Shown piece after piece: positions 10,791 through 20,262 of a DNA stretch of 64,000 bases (positions within the stretch are counted from its first letter, which is position 1; every line of letters begins with the position of its first letter). The notes beneath the pieces were generated by a model. The model did not search any database. It was not told the origin of the DNA and was given only the letters and a program-made list of their open reading frames with translations. Source of the stretch: an uncultured Rhizobiaceae bacterium (lineage in GTDB: Bacteria; Pseudomonadota; Alphaproteobacteria; Rickettsiales; UBA1997); assembly GCA_964493475.1 (NCBI GenBank), contig CAZBNS010000001.1, positions 9,099-73,098 of the forward strand, written 5' to 3'. Both the position numbers and the translations under genes were made by a program.

Positions 10791-11171
10791 TTAAACTAAC
10801 TCAAAATGTGGCATATCGCAAATTGTAGTAAAATCTCCGCCCCATCTAATATTTATCTTTAATTCTTTTGCTTTTTGCTTAAATACATTAGCGACCGCAA
10901 TATAATATTTCTTTTCCCAAGTTCCCTTTCCATTTTCATCAAAACACATTATATCAATAGCTTTTCCACTTTGATGCTTTGATTTATTCTTTATTCCATC
11001 GCATTTACTTTTGCCTTCTTTAAAAGCTTTCTGCTGATCTTCTAAACCTCTTAATCCACAAGTAATACTAAAATCATAAGGACTAATCTTTATCACTTCA
11101 TGAGCTAGCCTACACAAATCTTTGTGAACTGTATTTAATAGTTGTTCACTTCTTTCACTAAATTTAAACAT
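10791..11171 (-). CDS. Endolysin, peptidase M15 (VanY / D-Ala-D-Ala carboxypeptidase-like) family
   Basis: 126 aa with HQSGKAIDI and C-terminal WGGDFTTICDMPHFE motifs, typical of zinc M15 phage peptidases. It lies adjacent to small membrane-protein genes. Confidence 0.8.
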   Translation of the reverse strand: MFKFSERSEQLLNTVHKDLCRLAHEVIKISPYDFSITCGLRGLEDQQKAFKEGKSKCDGIKNKSKHQSGKAIDIMCFDENGKGTWEKKYYIAVANVFKQKAKELKINIRWGGDFTTICDMPHFELV

Positions 11172-11178
11172 AAATCCT

Positions 11179-11409
11179 TTATTTATTACAAATTCTTAAA
11201 TTTTCCCTAAGGTTGCCATAATCAATAATAAATCTATTGATTATTGGCCTATTAACTTCTTTTAAAGTCTTTTCTAATTCTTGTTGCTCTGTTGCTGTAT
11301 AATTAACAATAGGTGGACAACTAGAAATCACTTTTTGACAATTTGTTATACAAATCATCATCAGAATTAATACTAGGTTTTTGATTATATTTCTTTTGTT
11401 TATCTGCAT
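11179..11409 (-). CDS. Outer-membrane spanin (Rz1-like lipoprotein) candidate
   Basis: 76 aa with an N-terminal signal-like segment LVLILMMICITNC followed by CPP. It overlaps the upstream 64-aa TM gene by 89 nt in another frame (overlapped Rz/Rz1-type architecture). The lipobox is non-canonical (N at -1). Confidence 0.4.
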   Translation of the reverse strand: MQINKRNIIKNLVLILMMICITNCQKVISSCPPIVNYTATEQQELEKTLKEVNRPIINRFIIDYGNLRENLRICNK

Positions 11410-11515
11410 TGTTTTTTAACACTTCGTTTTCTTTGCTACTCTTTCCAGCTTTAAAGCCAAAAAAAGTGCCTAAGGCAGAGAAGACTAGCAAAATTATATA
11501 AATTATTCTTTCCAT
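11321..11515 (-). CDS. Inner-membrane spanin or second holin-like membrane protein candidate
   Basis: 64 aa with one N-terminal TM helix (IIYIILLVFSALGTFFGF) and a charged tail. Its start overlaps the stop of the upstream holin-like gene (TAATG). Confidence 0.35.
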   Translation of the reverse strand: MERIIYIILLVFSALGTFFGFKAGKSSKENEVLKNNADKQKKYNQKPSINSDDDLYNKLSKSDF

Positions 11516-11727
11516 TATTTTGAGTTATTATTGTCAATAATGTTTTGGTTTGCTTTTGTATTTACCAAACTAAACTTATCTAGGAAGTTGACAATCTTTG
11601 TTAAAACATCATCATCTTTTGTAGTTGGTGTTAATTTCACAATGATTGTTGCTATTGATACAATACCGCCTAATATTGCGAGTAATTCATCGTAATGATT
11701 CTGAAAGAAATTAATTATTTCAGTCAT
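11515..11727 (-). CDS. Holin candidate
   Basis: 70 aa with a hydrophobic helix (LLAILGGIVSIATIIVKL) and a polar tail. It is the first gene of the lysis cluster upstream of the endolysin. Confidence 0.45.
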   Translation of the reverse strand: MTEIINFFQNHYDELLAILGGIVSIATIIVKLTPTTKDDDVLTKIVNFLDKFSLVNTKANQNIIDNNNSK

Positions 11728-11792
11728 GATTAAAATTATTTATTAATAATGATTAAATTATATAAATTTGTTTGTATTGTGTAAGGATAAGA

Positions 11793-12095
11793 TTATTTGA
11801 CATATTTATTTGCAATTATAGTTGCAACAAATGTAATAACGCCACCAGTAAAACAACTCAAAATTCCCATTCCCCAAAAATATTTTGAGTGTTTGTCTAC
11901 TGTTTCCTTGCAATCTTTAAATTCAATAGCTTTTGTTTTTTTATATTCATCAAATTCTTCAAATAATCCTTTTTTTCCATTTCCATATAGATCATGAGAT
12001 ATGCGGTTTAATTCAACTAAAACTTTTGTTTGGTTGTCTGATATTTCTTTTAATGATGTTTTTATTTCATTTAATGTTTGTTGAGTAGTTGCCAT
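11793..12095 (-). CDS. Small phage membrane protein (C-terminal TM anchor)
   Basis: 100 aa with a coiled-coil-like N-terminus and a C-terminal TM segment (GILSCFTGGVITFVATIIA). Confidence 0.3.
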   Translation of the reverse strand: MATTQQTLNEIKTSLKEISDNQTKVLVELNRISHDLYGNGKKGLFEEFDEYKKTKAIEFKDCKETVDKHSKYFWGMGILSCFTGGVITFVATIIANKYVK

Positions 12096-12124
12096 TTTCC
12101 TTTATATTCTTATCCTATGTTAAT

Positions 12125-12688
12125 TTATAAATTTTTTATTCTTTCCATCTCTGTATTTACTATATCAGCAAAATCTATATCAAGATCTTCCAGCTCATCA
12201 TCTCCTAAACTTTCTATTTGAGAATAATATTGATTATATCTAGTTCTCATATTGGCACTAAATGTTCCATTGTAAGTAATAGCACCTAAATTATGAGTTT
12301 TATATTCACAAGCTATAACAAATTCAGCCGCATCACTTTTATTGATTAATTCTTTGATCTTCGCATATTTTTTGCCATATGATAATATTTCAGAATAAAT
12401 GTCATTACTTGATGCTGTTTCGCTTCCTGATGATTCGCTAGTAATTTCGGTTTTTACACCATCATTTAAATGTATTTGATAAACTCGTAGGAAATACATT
12501 TTATAATCATTCAAACTTAAAAATTGAATAATATTATTTATAACAAGCTTATCTTTTACATCATTAAAATAACCAGCTTTTACTACAGTATTAATAGAAT
12601 CATCAGATTTATAACCGCAAATCTGAAATGTCATTTTACTCTTTGAATTCCCGCTAAATATACAAAATTTTTCAATATCAAAACTCAT
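12125..12688 (-). CDS. Hypothetical phage protein
   Basis: 187-aa ORF in the structural operon. No recognisable motif. Confidence 0.3.
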   Translation of the reverse strand: MSFDIEKFCIFSGNSKSKMTFQICGYKSDDSINTVVKAGYFNDVKDKLVINNIIQFLSLNDYKMYFLRVYQIHLNDGVKTEITSESSGSETASSNDIYSEILSYGKKYAKIKELINKSDAAEFVIACEYKTHNLGAITYNGTFSANMRTRYNQYYSQIESLGDDELEDLDIDFADIVNTEMERIKNL

Positions 12689-12697
12689 ATAAAAACC

Positions 12698-13570
12698 CTA
12701 TAATAATGAACCTTTTCTTCCAGCTCTGATTCTCTGTTGAATGATTTCTGCTCTTCTCAAATCTGTTGTGTTGTCGTCTTTGTATTCTCTGGCAAGCGCA
12801 ATATCATCAGCAAGACCGCCAACATTAATATCTGTTGGTATATCTTCATTTCTTCCGCTGCCAAATATTGCATTTCTTATCGTGTTAATAGTAGCTACTC
12901 CAACCGCTCCACTGCCTATAAATTGTTTTAATTCTGCTTTTTGTTCTTCATTAAATCCGCCAAAATTGTCAATAAACTCCATATCACTTTTAATTAATCT
13001 ATCAGCATCTTTACCAAGTTTTGCTTTTTCGTTTTTAATCCAGTCATTTTTTTGAATCTCTATCTCTTCTTTGCTTCTTGTATCAAAAACTCCAGCTTTT
13101 ACAAGTGTATCATTCATAAAATCAACAACTGCTTTGTGTTGTTCTAAATTCAAACCTGTATTTTTCGCTAATTCATTAAAAGATTTAAGAGTTTCTTTTG
13201 CTATCTCATCTTCTTTATAATACTTTTCAAATTTACTATCAGGTTTATAATTCATTTCGTAATCTTTTAAATCATTAGGTGCTTTACCTTTTGAAACTAT
13301 TTTTCTTAAATCTAAATTTTGTTTTTGTAGTCCTTCAACTTCTTTTTTATGATTTTCAAATTTTGCTTTTATCGCATCGTATTTAACAGAACTTGTTGTT
13401 AAATCATAAGTTTCAGCATCAAACCCATCAGGATATTTTGAATTATCAGTCTTTGTAGTATCAACACCATCATTATTTGTTGCTTTTGTTTGAGTATCAT
13501 TATCTCCTAAATTATCATCAAGCATTGTTGGTGTAATATCATCATTATTTAAATCATTCTCTATTGGCAT
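12698..13570 (-). CDS. Scaffolding protein candidate
   Basis: 290 aa, acidic, K/E-rich and predicted helical. It occupies the canonical position downstream of the portal gene. Confidence 0.45.
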   Translation of the reverse strand: MPIENDLNNDDITPTMLDDNLGDNDTQTKATNNDGVDTTKTDNSKYPDGFDAETYDLTTSSVKYDAIKAKFENHKKEVEGLQKQNLDLRKIVSKGKAPNDLKDYEMNYKPDSKFEKYYKEDEIAKETLKSFNELAKNTGLNLEQHKAVVDFMNDTLVKAGVFDTRSKEEIEIQKNDWIKNEKAKLGKDADRLIKSDMEFIDNFGGFNEEQKAELKQFIGSGAVGVATINTIRNAIFGSGRNEDIPTDINVGGLADDIALAREYKDDNTTDLRRAEIIQQRIRAGRKGSLL

Positions 13571-13685
13571 TTCTTACCTTTTTTCACTATTAATAAAATT
13601 GTTTATCATTTCCAATTTTTCTAAAATTAAAACTAATAAATAAAAACTCGCTCCATCTGGGCTAATCCTTTGTTCGTCCAATTCC

Positions 13686-13952
13686 TTAATTATTTGTTCC
13701 TTTGTTTTCGTTTCCATTATTCTCTTTTTTATTATTATGAATATAAACCAAAGTATTTAATTCTTTGATCGTTGATGCTCTGCCTAGTCTATAAAATGTT
13801 TCATTTGTATTAAATGTATCAGCTTGAACATAATCAGCATACATAAAGTTTAAAAACTCTAATATCTTCTGCCCTTCCTCTGTTGAAAATAATTCAGCAG
13901 TCTTTTTTCTCATCAACTCTTTTTGTTCTTTATTGTAAATCTTTTTTTGCAT
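13686..13952 (-). CDS. Small conserved phage protein (possibly Bbp19-like)
   Basis: The ORF track starts at 14018, but ATG at 13952 is preceded by GGAGG (9 nt), which points to an 88-aa product. The FSTEEGQKILEFL...RLGRASTIKEL pattern resembles small proteins found after portal genes. Confidence 0.3.
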   Translation of the reverse strand: MQKKIYNKEQKELMRKKTAELFSTEEGQKILEFLNFMYADYVQADTFNTNETFYRLGRASTIKELNTLVYIHNNKKENNGNENKGTNN

Positions 13953-15555
13953 TAGCTTTTCCCTCCTCAATGACATTTGAAACATTAACATTGTCTTGCA
14001 TATTTTGAATTTCAGCATTTCGTTGATTTTGAATTATTTCTGTTTCCTTTTGTTCCGCCTCTGCTTCTGAATTTATAAACTCACTGGAAACACCAGCTAA
14101 TTTCAACATATAAGGCAAGATTTTATCAAGCTTAATACACTTAGTGATTAATCTTCCAGTTGGATCAAAACTTGCTAAAATCTGCATTGCATTAACCGTT
14201 TTAGATAGCTCTTCTTGATTGCTCTGTAAAGCTAAAGCCGTCTTTATTTTTACCTTGATTATGTAATTGTCTATTTGTGCTAAATCAAAATCTTGCGCTA
14301 TATAACCAAAAGTTTGCAATACTTCAATTATTCTTTTTGTTAATGGTTTTAAAAATTCGGTTAATAATCGTCCAAACATTGAAGTAAGATTTACATTTAA
14401 TTCAGCAACTCTTTGGCTTACTTCTGTTGCGCTTCTAACAGCAGAATCATCAGGTATAGTATTATCAAGCATAATTCTTTTAATTCTCATTTCCATGCTT
14501 GAAATATTGTATTGGGTAATATCAAAATTTAAGTTTGAAGATGTATTAATCGATGTAATATATGGGTTTCTTGTGTCATTATCGGGAACTGGAATCATAG
14601 CACCGGGTTCCAAGACTAATGTATCAGGATCTATCATCCCATCGTCCTTGTACATATAAGTTGGAATTGCGAAAGCTAATGCCCTTAAAGCGTAATCAAT
14701 AATTTTATTTAATGTCTTAACTTCAGGCACTGCAATAGTTCCAACGCCTCTTCCATATACTTCACCACTACTTTTATTCCATCTTAAAATAATAAAAGGA
14801 TTGGTTTTGTATGTTCTTTTTACGATAATGTTTTTATCTTTTGAGGCGTTATTATTTATAATTAAATAATTAAAATTATTTTTATCATAGTTATATTTCA
14901 CTACTTCAAGTAAATTTACACTTTCATCTGCTTTTTTATTTCTAATTTCATATTTAGCATCGTCCCAAACATATTTTATTTCTTTCTCTTTAATACTTAT
15001 TTCTCTATAAACTGCATCAATTTCACCATTAAATCCTTCATGTATAGAATAGTCTTTAAATGGTATTGTTTTAAATACTATTGGATCTCTAAATTTACTT
15101 CCTTGAACTAATAAACAAGATGTTCCAAGTATTAAATCATTATAAAATTCTGGCATTGCAGCATCAAAATTGCTAGCATTTTTAAAAGCGTTTAGAAGTT
15201 TACCTAACTTTTCTAATTCTTTGTCTTTTTCTTCTTTACCATCTATATAATCAGCGTATTCTAACCCTAAAAAATCAGTATTTATTGGCGTTATTATTTG
15301 TTGCATCTTGTTAACAAAATTATTTGCTGAATTTAAACCTATTGAACTGGTTATCTGAGCATTCTTCTCTTGATAATTTTTGTTATTTTTATCATCTTTG
15401 CTTTCAATTTTAGATTTAAACGGCATTATATATTCTGCTACTTCTTCATATTTCGTATTCCAACTTTGTTTTATCTGTTTGCAAGTTTCAAATTCCTTGA
15501 TTATTTTTTGTATATCAATTGTTGAATCTTCTTTTTGCTTTTGTCTTAATTCCAT
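13930..15555 (-). CDS. Portal protein
   Basis: 541 aa, located downstream of the large terminase after two small intervening ORFs (15834..16196 and 15559..15831). Its size equals that of podovirus head-tail connectors (T7 gp8 is 536 aa). Confidence 0.7.
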   Translation of the reverse strand: MELRQKQKEDSTIDIQKIIKEFETCKQIKQSWNTKYEEVAEYIMPFKSKIESKDDKNNKNYQEKNAQITSSIGLNSANNFVNKMQQIITPINTDFLGLEYADYIDGKEEKDKELEKLGKLLNAFKNASNFDAAMPEFYNDLILGTSCLLVQGSKFRDPIVFKTIPFKDYSIHEGFNGEIDAVYREISIKEKEIKYVWDDAKYEIRNKKADESVNLLEVVKYNYDKNNFNYLIINNNASKDKNIIVKRTYKTNPFIILRWNKSSGEVYGRGVGTIAVPEVKTLNKIIDYALRALAFAIPTYMYKDDGMIDPDTLVLEPGAMIPVPDNDTRNPYITSINTSSNLNFDITQYNISSMEMRIKRIMLDNTIPDDSAVRSATEVSQRVAELNVNLTSMFGRLLTEFLKPLTKRIIEVLQTFGYIAQDFDLAQIDNYIIKVKIKTALALQSNQEELSKTVNAMQILASFDPTGRLITKCIKLDKILPYMLKLAGVSSEFINSEAEAEQKETEIIQNQRNAEIQNMQDNVNVSNVIEEGKANAKKDLQ

Positions 15556-15558
15556 AAA

Positions 15559-15831
15559 TTAACCTAATGTTTCATTATCTAAAAGACTATAGCCAGAGCT
15601 ACTTGTCGAACCATTATTTGAATAAGATTCAGAATTATCACTACTGCCTAATAAATTATATCTTTGTTCATCAATCAGTTGTTTTCTCTTTTTTAAAGCT
15701 TCTGCCTTTTCACTTGCTATTTGTTGATTTAATAATGCATTTTGTCTTTTTTGCTCTTTATTGGCTTTTTTAGTCTCGTTGATTCCTAAAATAGTTGTTG
15801 CTACACCAGCTGCAGCTGCGACCGCTCCCAT
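15559..15831 (-). CDS. Hypothetical small phage protein
   Basis: 90 aa with an Ala/Gly hydrophobic N-terminus, then coiled-coil and Ser-rich tail. It lies between the TerL and portal genes. Confidence 0.3.
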   Translation of the reverse strand: MGAVAAAAGVATTILGINETKKANKEQKRQNALLNQQIASEKAEALKKRKQLIDEQRYNLLGSSDNSESYSNNGSTSSSGYSLLDNETLG

Positions 15832-15833
15832 AA

Positions 15834-16196
15834 TTACCTCTCTTGAATTTTATTAAAAAATTGTGAACAAGAAAAATAAATTCCATTCATATTAAGTAAA
15901 ATTTTGCCAATTGAAATACAGTTATAAAAATGCAAATTCATAAATTGATTATATTTTTTTATATTTTGTTTAACTGTTTTTGAAGCAACCATTTTATACC
16001 CCAAAATAGACTTATTTTTTAATCTATCAACAACATTACAATCAAAACCAGTTTGTAAGAGTATATTATTTTTTATTGGATTGATTAATATTTTATCATC
16101 AATAACATACATTAAATGTTGATGCCATAAATCCTTTTTAAGTAAAATTATTGTAATTTTCCTGTTTAAAATGCTTTCTAATATTGGCCGCTCCAT
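15834..16196 (-). CDS. Hypothetical phage protein
   Basis: 120-aa ORF overlapping the TerL stop by 19 nt. Confidence 0.3.
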   Translation of the reverse strand: MERPILESILNRKITIILLKKDLWHQHLMYVIDDKILINPIKNNILLQTGFDCNVVDRLKNKSILGYKMVASKTVKQNIKKYNQFMNLHFYNCISIGKILLNMNGIYFSCSQFFNKIQER

Positions 16197-17515
16197 ATTT
16201 TTACTACTCTTTTTTTATTAACAAAATTACCTTTAAATGTCATTTTATTATAAATCTTTGGTAAGATCCTAAAAGCGTCTGCACCATGAGAAGTCCAATC
16301 ATGCAACGGCTGTTCCTTGTAGCATTGCTTTTTTTCGTCAAACTCTCTTCTGTAATTTTTCAGCGCATCAAGTCCTTGCTTGCAGTTCGTTTTATCAAAT
16401 ATACATTTACTCAATATTCCCCTAACAGCCTGTATATCCGCATATACATCGTTTGTTCTATCCCAAACAACTACATTATTCAATCCTAATTGTATTAATT
16501 GATTTTGAACTGTTGAACTCTTTTCAGTTATTGATAATGTTCTATGTCCGCCATCATGTGGTAAATTATGCTGTGAATAATGATAAGGTTTTGAATTGAT
16601 TATATCAACATAATGAGCTAAACCATAGCCATTTGCCTCATAATAATCAAGAACTTGAACCTCATTCTGTCTAGGAATAACAAACCATATAGCCATACTA
16701 TCACTTATGCCTAAATCCCAGAGTGTTTGAACTAAACCTTGTCCATCATATACGATTTTGTCTTTAAAGTTAGTTTCTGCAATGTTTGAAAGAATATCGT
16801 TATAATACGAGCCAGTCAAGGCACCAGCAAAACTACAATAATATTCCTGTTGTATTAATTCCTCTGGTCTGCCTTGTATTCTTATACTATTTATTTGCTC
16901 TTCTGTAATAATTCCAGTGTCCTTTATTGTTTTTAAGCTAGCATAATGTCGTGGATCTTTGCTGTTTTTTAGATAGTTAAACATGTCAAAACAATGGTTC
17001 TCACCTAACGGTGTTGAGTTAAAAATACACCAGCCATTATTTCGTAATAAAATAGGTTCTATTATAGAATCCCATAAGCTAGGTTTTTGTTGTGCAAATT
17101 CAGATATTACCACGCCATTTGGGTTTGCGCCTCTTAAACTGTCCGGATTATCAGCTCCTAAAATTCTAATAATTGAACCATTAATGAGTTCAATTTTCAT
17201 TTCTGATTCACTTCTTTTTGCAACTATTTCAGCAGGAATAAGTTCTGGATATCTTATTTGCACACCATTAACTTCGATAAAAGCCTCCCAGAAGCTTTTT
17301 CTAGCTTGAACGGTTGATGGAAATATATACCAGTATAAACCGGTCTTTTCAATTGCTTTTTCCGCTATAACATTAAAACAAAAAACATCTTTTCCGGCTC
17401 TTCTATGCCATATTAAAATTGCTCTTTTTATGTCATCATTAATGCATTTATCCCAAGGCTCAACTTGATGAGGTAAAAAATTAATCAAAGGAAAAACTAT
17501 CTCTTTTTCGTTCAT
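16178..17515 (-). CDS. terL: Terminase large subunit
   Basis: 445 aa with a Walker-A-like RRAGKD near the N-terminus. An ATPase-then-nuclease layout is inferred from size (~445 aa), and no nuclease motif was identified. It follows a small basic protein gene with a 4-nt overlap. Confidence 0.85.
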   Translation of the reverse strand: MNEKEIVFPLINFLPHQVEPWDKCINDDIKRAILIWHRRAGKDVFCFNVIAEKAIEKTGLYWYIFPSTVQARKSFWEAFIEVNGVQIRYPELIPAEIVAKRSESEMKIELINGSIIRILGADNPDSLRGANPNGVVISEFAQQKPSLWDSIIEPILLRNNGWCIFNSTPLGENHCFDMFNYLKNSKDPRHYASLKTIKDTGIITEEQINSIRIQGRPEELIQQEYYCSFAGALTGSYYNDILSNIAETNFKDKIVYDGQGLVQTLWDLGISDSMAIWFVIPRQNEVQVLDYYEANGYGLAHYVDIINSKPYHYSQHNLPHDGGHRTLSITEKSSTVQNQLIQLGLNNVVVWDRTNDVYADIQAVRGILSKCIFDKTNCKQGLDALKNYRREFDEKKQCYKEQPLHDWTSHGADAFRILPKIYNKMTFKGNFVNKKRVVKIWSGQY

Positions 17516-17895
17516 TTCTTTTTCAGCCCTTTAATTGTTATTGTTATGTTATCTCTGCTTTTATCTTCAGGTTTTTCACCAACCGTATCTCGCATTGCCA
17601 GAAATGCTTGAACTGAATTTTTGGACCCACTCATTGAGGTTTTAATCAATGATAAAATCATTGAAGTTTGTAAGTCTATTTTTCTGTTTGCTAGCTCAGG
17701 AAAATTTTGCTTTAATTGTTCCCTCATTTTTTCCGGTGTTTCTGTATTTAAGCACTCTAAAATCGTTTCTTTAAATAACTTTCTCTTTTTTTTATTTTCT
17801 ACCGATTTTTTACCGCCTTTGCTTCCTCGCTTCTTTGCTTCCTCTTTGCTTAACTCACCTTTTTTAATTGGTTTTAAATTTTTTTCATTTGCCAT
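17512..17895 (-). CDS. Terminase small subunit candidate
   Basis: 127 aa and very basic (KKRGSKGGKKSVENKKKRK). It is translationally coupled (4-nt overlap) to terL. Confidence 0.4.
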   Translation of the reverse strand: MANEKNLKPIKKGELSKEEAKKRGSKGGKKSVENKKKRKLFKETILECLNTETPEKMREQLKQNFPELANRKIDLQTSMILSLIKTSMSGSKNSVQAFLAMRDTVGEKPEDKSRDNITITIKGLKKK

Positions 17896-18548
17896 TTTTG
17901 CCCTATTAAGTGATTTCTAACATCCTCCGGAATATCAACACTCACAACCCCATTATTTTTTACTTTTTTCAAAAAATCTTTGCTTCTCAAGTAATCCGTA
18001 TAAGTCAAATATTGTTCGGTTTCATGAGTTATTGGTTTTATACGATGAAATTCGCTATCAAGGCCACAGCCAAAATAAGTTCCTTCTATTGATGGATTTA
18101 AGATCATTGCTTGAAGTCTAATAAACCCTTCCATTAGCGTATCAAGCTTGAGAAAATCAACACCCTGCTCTATAAGTTCCTTCCTTTCGTTTGAGCACTT
18201 ATATTTTGCAATGGCTTTTTTTGTCTCTTCGTTGAAATTTTTAAATTTTTCAATTGCTTGTTCATTTCTTTTAATTTCAATTTGTTCTTTTGTTTTTTTC
18301 TCAATATTTTCAACGCCGGTTAATTGAGCTATAACTTGATGTAGATTTGGCCTTATTTTGCTGCTTTTATACTTGTAGTGTTGATTAATTGCAACTTTGA
18401 TATCATACGGGAAGAATGCATCCAATTCTTGCTGAATCAATTCTATTCCATCATACATCTTGGTTTTATTTGTGCTATTGACATTGTATAACTCACAAAT
18501 GTGCTCTATATATGCCGTTGCCTGCTCATTTGACTGTTTATTTTCCAT
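17874..18548 (-). CDS. Hypothetical early/replication-region protein
   Basis: 224-aa ORF between the DnaD-like gene and the terminase genes. No firm motif. Confidence 0.3.
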   Translation of the reverse strand: MENKQSNEQATAYIEHICELYNVNSTNKTKMYDGIELIQQELDAFFPYDIKVAINQHYKYKSSKIRPNLHQVIAQLTGVENIEKKTKEQIEIKRNEQAIEKFKNFNEETKKAIAKYKCSNERKELIEQGVDFLKLDTLMEGFIRLQAMILNPSIEGTYFGCGLDSEFHRIKPITHETEQYLTYTDYLRSKDFLKKVKNNGVVSVDIPEDVRNHLIGQKWQMKKI

Positions 18549-18560
18549 TATAGCTCCTTT

Positions 18561-19208
18561 TTATAAATAAAATTTTTCTTCACTTTCTTCTGTCTCTTCA
18601 TGTCTAAACTTTACTGGTAGATTCTTTATTTTTTCTTTCTTTTCCCATGTTATAACTGCACTTTTCCAGTCTTTCATTGGTTGATTACCAACTTTCCACC
18701 CCTTACTTTCATAAAAAGCAACAAATGATTCTGCATCAAGTTTATTATCTCGTTCTTTACAATATTCTTGAACTTCTTGAATAGTTGGTTTTTGAAATTT
18801 GGTTTTTTCTTTTTTTATATTTTTTTCTTTATATATTTCTTTTTCTATTTCTTTCTCTTTCCCTATTTCTTTTTCTATTTCTTTCTCTTCTTCTTTTTCT
18901 TCTTGTTCGTTTGTTAATTTTTGTTCTTGTTTGTTCTTGTTTGTTAATTTTTGTTGTTCGTTTGTTTCTGTTTGTTTTTTTCCTAATCTATTTATAGCTT
19001 TTTTTCTACCACTTTCTAAATTAGGTTTTACAAGTTCCCAAGCCATCTTTAACATGCCACTAAAATTCGGCTCATTTCCATTTAAAGAATATTCACAAAT
19101 AGCATTATAAAAATCTGCTTGTTGAGATTTATCTTCTAAATTTTTTATTGCTTCAAAAAAACTTAAATAGAATGTAAATTGCGTTCTGTTTTTGTTATTT
19201 TTTATCAT
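18561..19208 (-). CDS. Phage replication-associated protein (DnaD-like accessory type)
   Basis: The C-terminal PTIQEVQEYCKERDNKLDAESFVAFYESKGWKVGNQPMKDWKSAVITWEKK module is a widespread C-terminal domain of phage replication-organiser proteins. The central KEIEKEI/QEQKLTN low-complexity linker is encoded by short repeats at 18800-18990. Confidence 0.45.
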   Translation of the reverse strand: MIKNNKNRTQFTFYLSFFEAIKNLEDKSQQADFYNAICEYSLNGNEPNFSGMLKMAWELVKPNLESGRKKAINRLGKKQTETNEQQKLTNKNKQEQKLTNEQEEKEEEKEIEKEIGKEKEIEKEIYKEKNIKKEKTKFQKPTIQEVQEYCKERDNKLDAESFVAFYESKGWKVGNQPMKDWKSAVITWEKKEKIKNLPVKFRHEETEESEEKFYL

Positions 19209-19226
19209 TTTTTTCGTCCCTTTTTA

Positions 19227-19658
19227 TTATTGATAATGATGTAAGTTGTTTTTAGTTTGTTCTTGTTTGTTATTTTTTGTTTCTGTTTGTTTTTGTTTTT
19301 TAATTTCGTCCATATTAAATAAATCAGGACTAGGGAGGGATGAGCTACCTAATCCTGTTACCTGTTCTAAATCAGCGATTGCTTCGTTAAAATTTAAAAC
19401 AGTATATCTTAAAAACTTGTAGCCAAGTTTTGTCATTAAATTGTATTTTTCGCAGTCTTTACTATACCCTGTAATTGAAGTATGTCTTGCCTTTGCAGAT
19501 ACAACACCCTCATATTCAACCAAAATAGACTTGTTGTTCTTACTTACTTTCCAATCTGCTCTGAATTTTCTTGTAGAACAAAACTTGTATTCAGGCTCAA
19601 CAATATAACCAAGCCCAGTAAATATTTGTTTAAAATTATCTTTTGTAAGATTCGTCAT
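19227..19658 (-). CDS. Restriction-endonuclease-fold nuclease candidate (Vsr/DUF559-like)
   Basis: The pattern EYKF...RKFRADW...ILVEYEG...H...D.EKYN...GYKFLRY fits the D...E.K-type nuclease fold seen in small phage resolvase/nuclease proteins. Confidence 0.35.
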   Translation of the reverse strand: MTNLTKDNFKQIFTGLGYIVEPEYKFCSTRKFRADWKVSKNNKSILVEYEGVVSAKARHTSITGYSKDCEKYNLMTKLGYKFLRYTVLNFNEAIADLEQVTGLGSSSLPSPDLFNMDEIKKQKQTETKNNKQEQTKNNLHHYQ

Positions 19659-20062
19659 GATATTAACATTGGGTTATTACTCATAAAATTAATTGCTTTT
19701 TCTTTAATAGGTTTTATGCGATCAATCACATATTGAGGATCAAATCCAGCCCAATTACAAACTTGCACAAACTCTTCGTTTCTCATATTAAACCACATTA
19801 GCGCTTTAATTCTAAATGTTTGAGCTAAATTCTTTTTTGATTGACTTTTTAAATCTACTGCAGCCTGTAAAACAACAGCCTTCCATAGCGCAATTTCGGA
19901 CTTTACTGAGAGATTTTCATTGTTATAAATAAAATCAAAATCACTACTTTCATTGTGAAGGGTTAAACTTCTGGTTTTTAACTCCTTTAGATATTTTGAT
20001 TGAGAGTTTTGTTTAAATTCTTCAATATGGAGTGGGGAGATTAGGTTTTTATTCTTTTTCAT
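19655..20062 (-). CDS. Hypothetical early protein
   Basis: 135-aa ORF directly after the Cro-like gene, with a 4-nt overlap with the next gene. Confidence 0.3.
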   Translation of the reverse strand: MKKNKNLISPLHIEEFKQNSQSKYLKELKTRSLTLHNESSDFDFIYNNENLSVKSEIALWKAVVLQAAVDLKSQSKKNLAQTFRIKALMWFNMRNEEFVQVCNWAGFDPQYVIDRIKPIKEKAINFMSNNPMLIS

Positions 20063-20067
20063 AAACT

Positions 20068-20262
20068 TTAAATATAAAAACTGTTAGCTACAAGTTTTCC
20101 GCCTGTAGCTTCAGTTATTCTTTTAATAACTTCCCTTTTTGGTATTCTTCTGCCTGATATGTAGTTGTTTATGCTTACATAACTAACTTTTACCTTTTCT
20201 GCAAATTTTCTTTTCTTTTCAGCAGTATTTAGGAATCTCTCTGAGAATTTTTTAATATCCAT
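20068..20262 (-). CDS. Cro/YdaS-like HTH regulator
   Basis: 64 aa with an HTH segment (KFAEKVKVSYVSINNYISGRR). It is divergently transcribed from the cI-like repressor. Confidence 0.65.
   Translation of the reverse strand: MDIKKFSERFLNTAEKKRKFAEKVKVSYVSINNYISGRRIPKREVIKRITEATGGKLVANSFYI

Noticed and set aside
18785-19290. Short tandem-like repeats (TTCTTTTTCTATTTCTTTCTC..., GTTTGTTAATTTTTGTT, TTGTTTCTGTTTGTTTTT) that at first looked like a repeat array
   Set aside because: They are in frame within two adjacent CDSs and encode K/E/I and K/Q/T/N low-complexity linkers. There is no spacer-repeat regularity, so this is neither a CRISPR nor a non-coding array. The plus-strand ORFs 18785-18997 and 18799-19110 are shadows of the same repeats.
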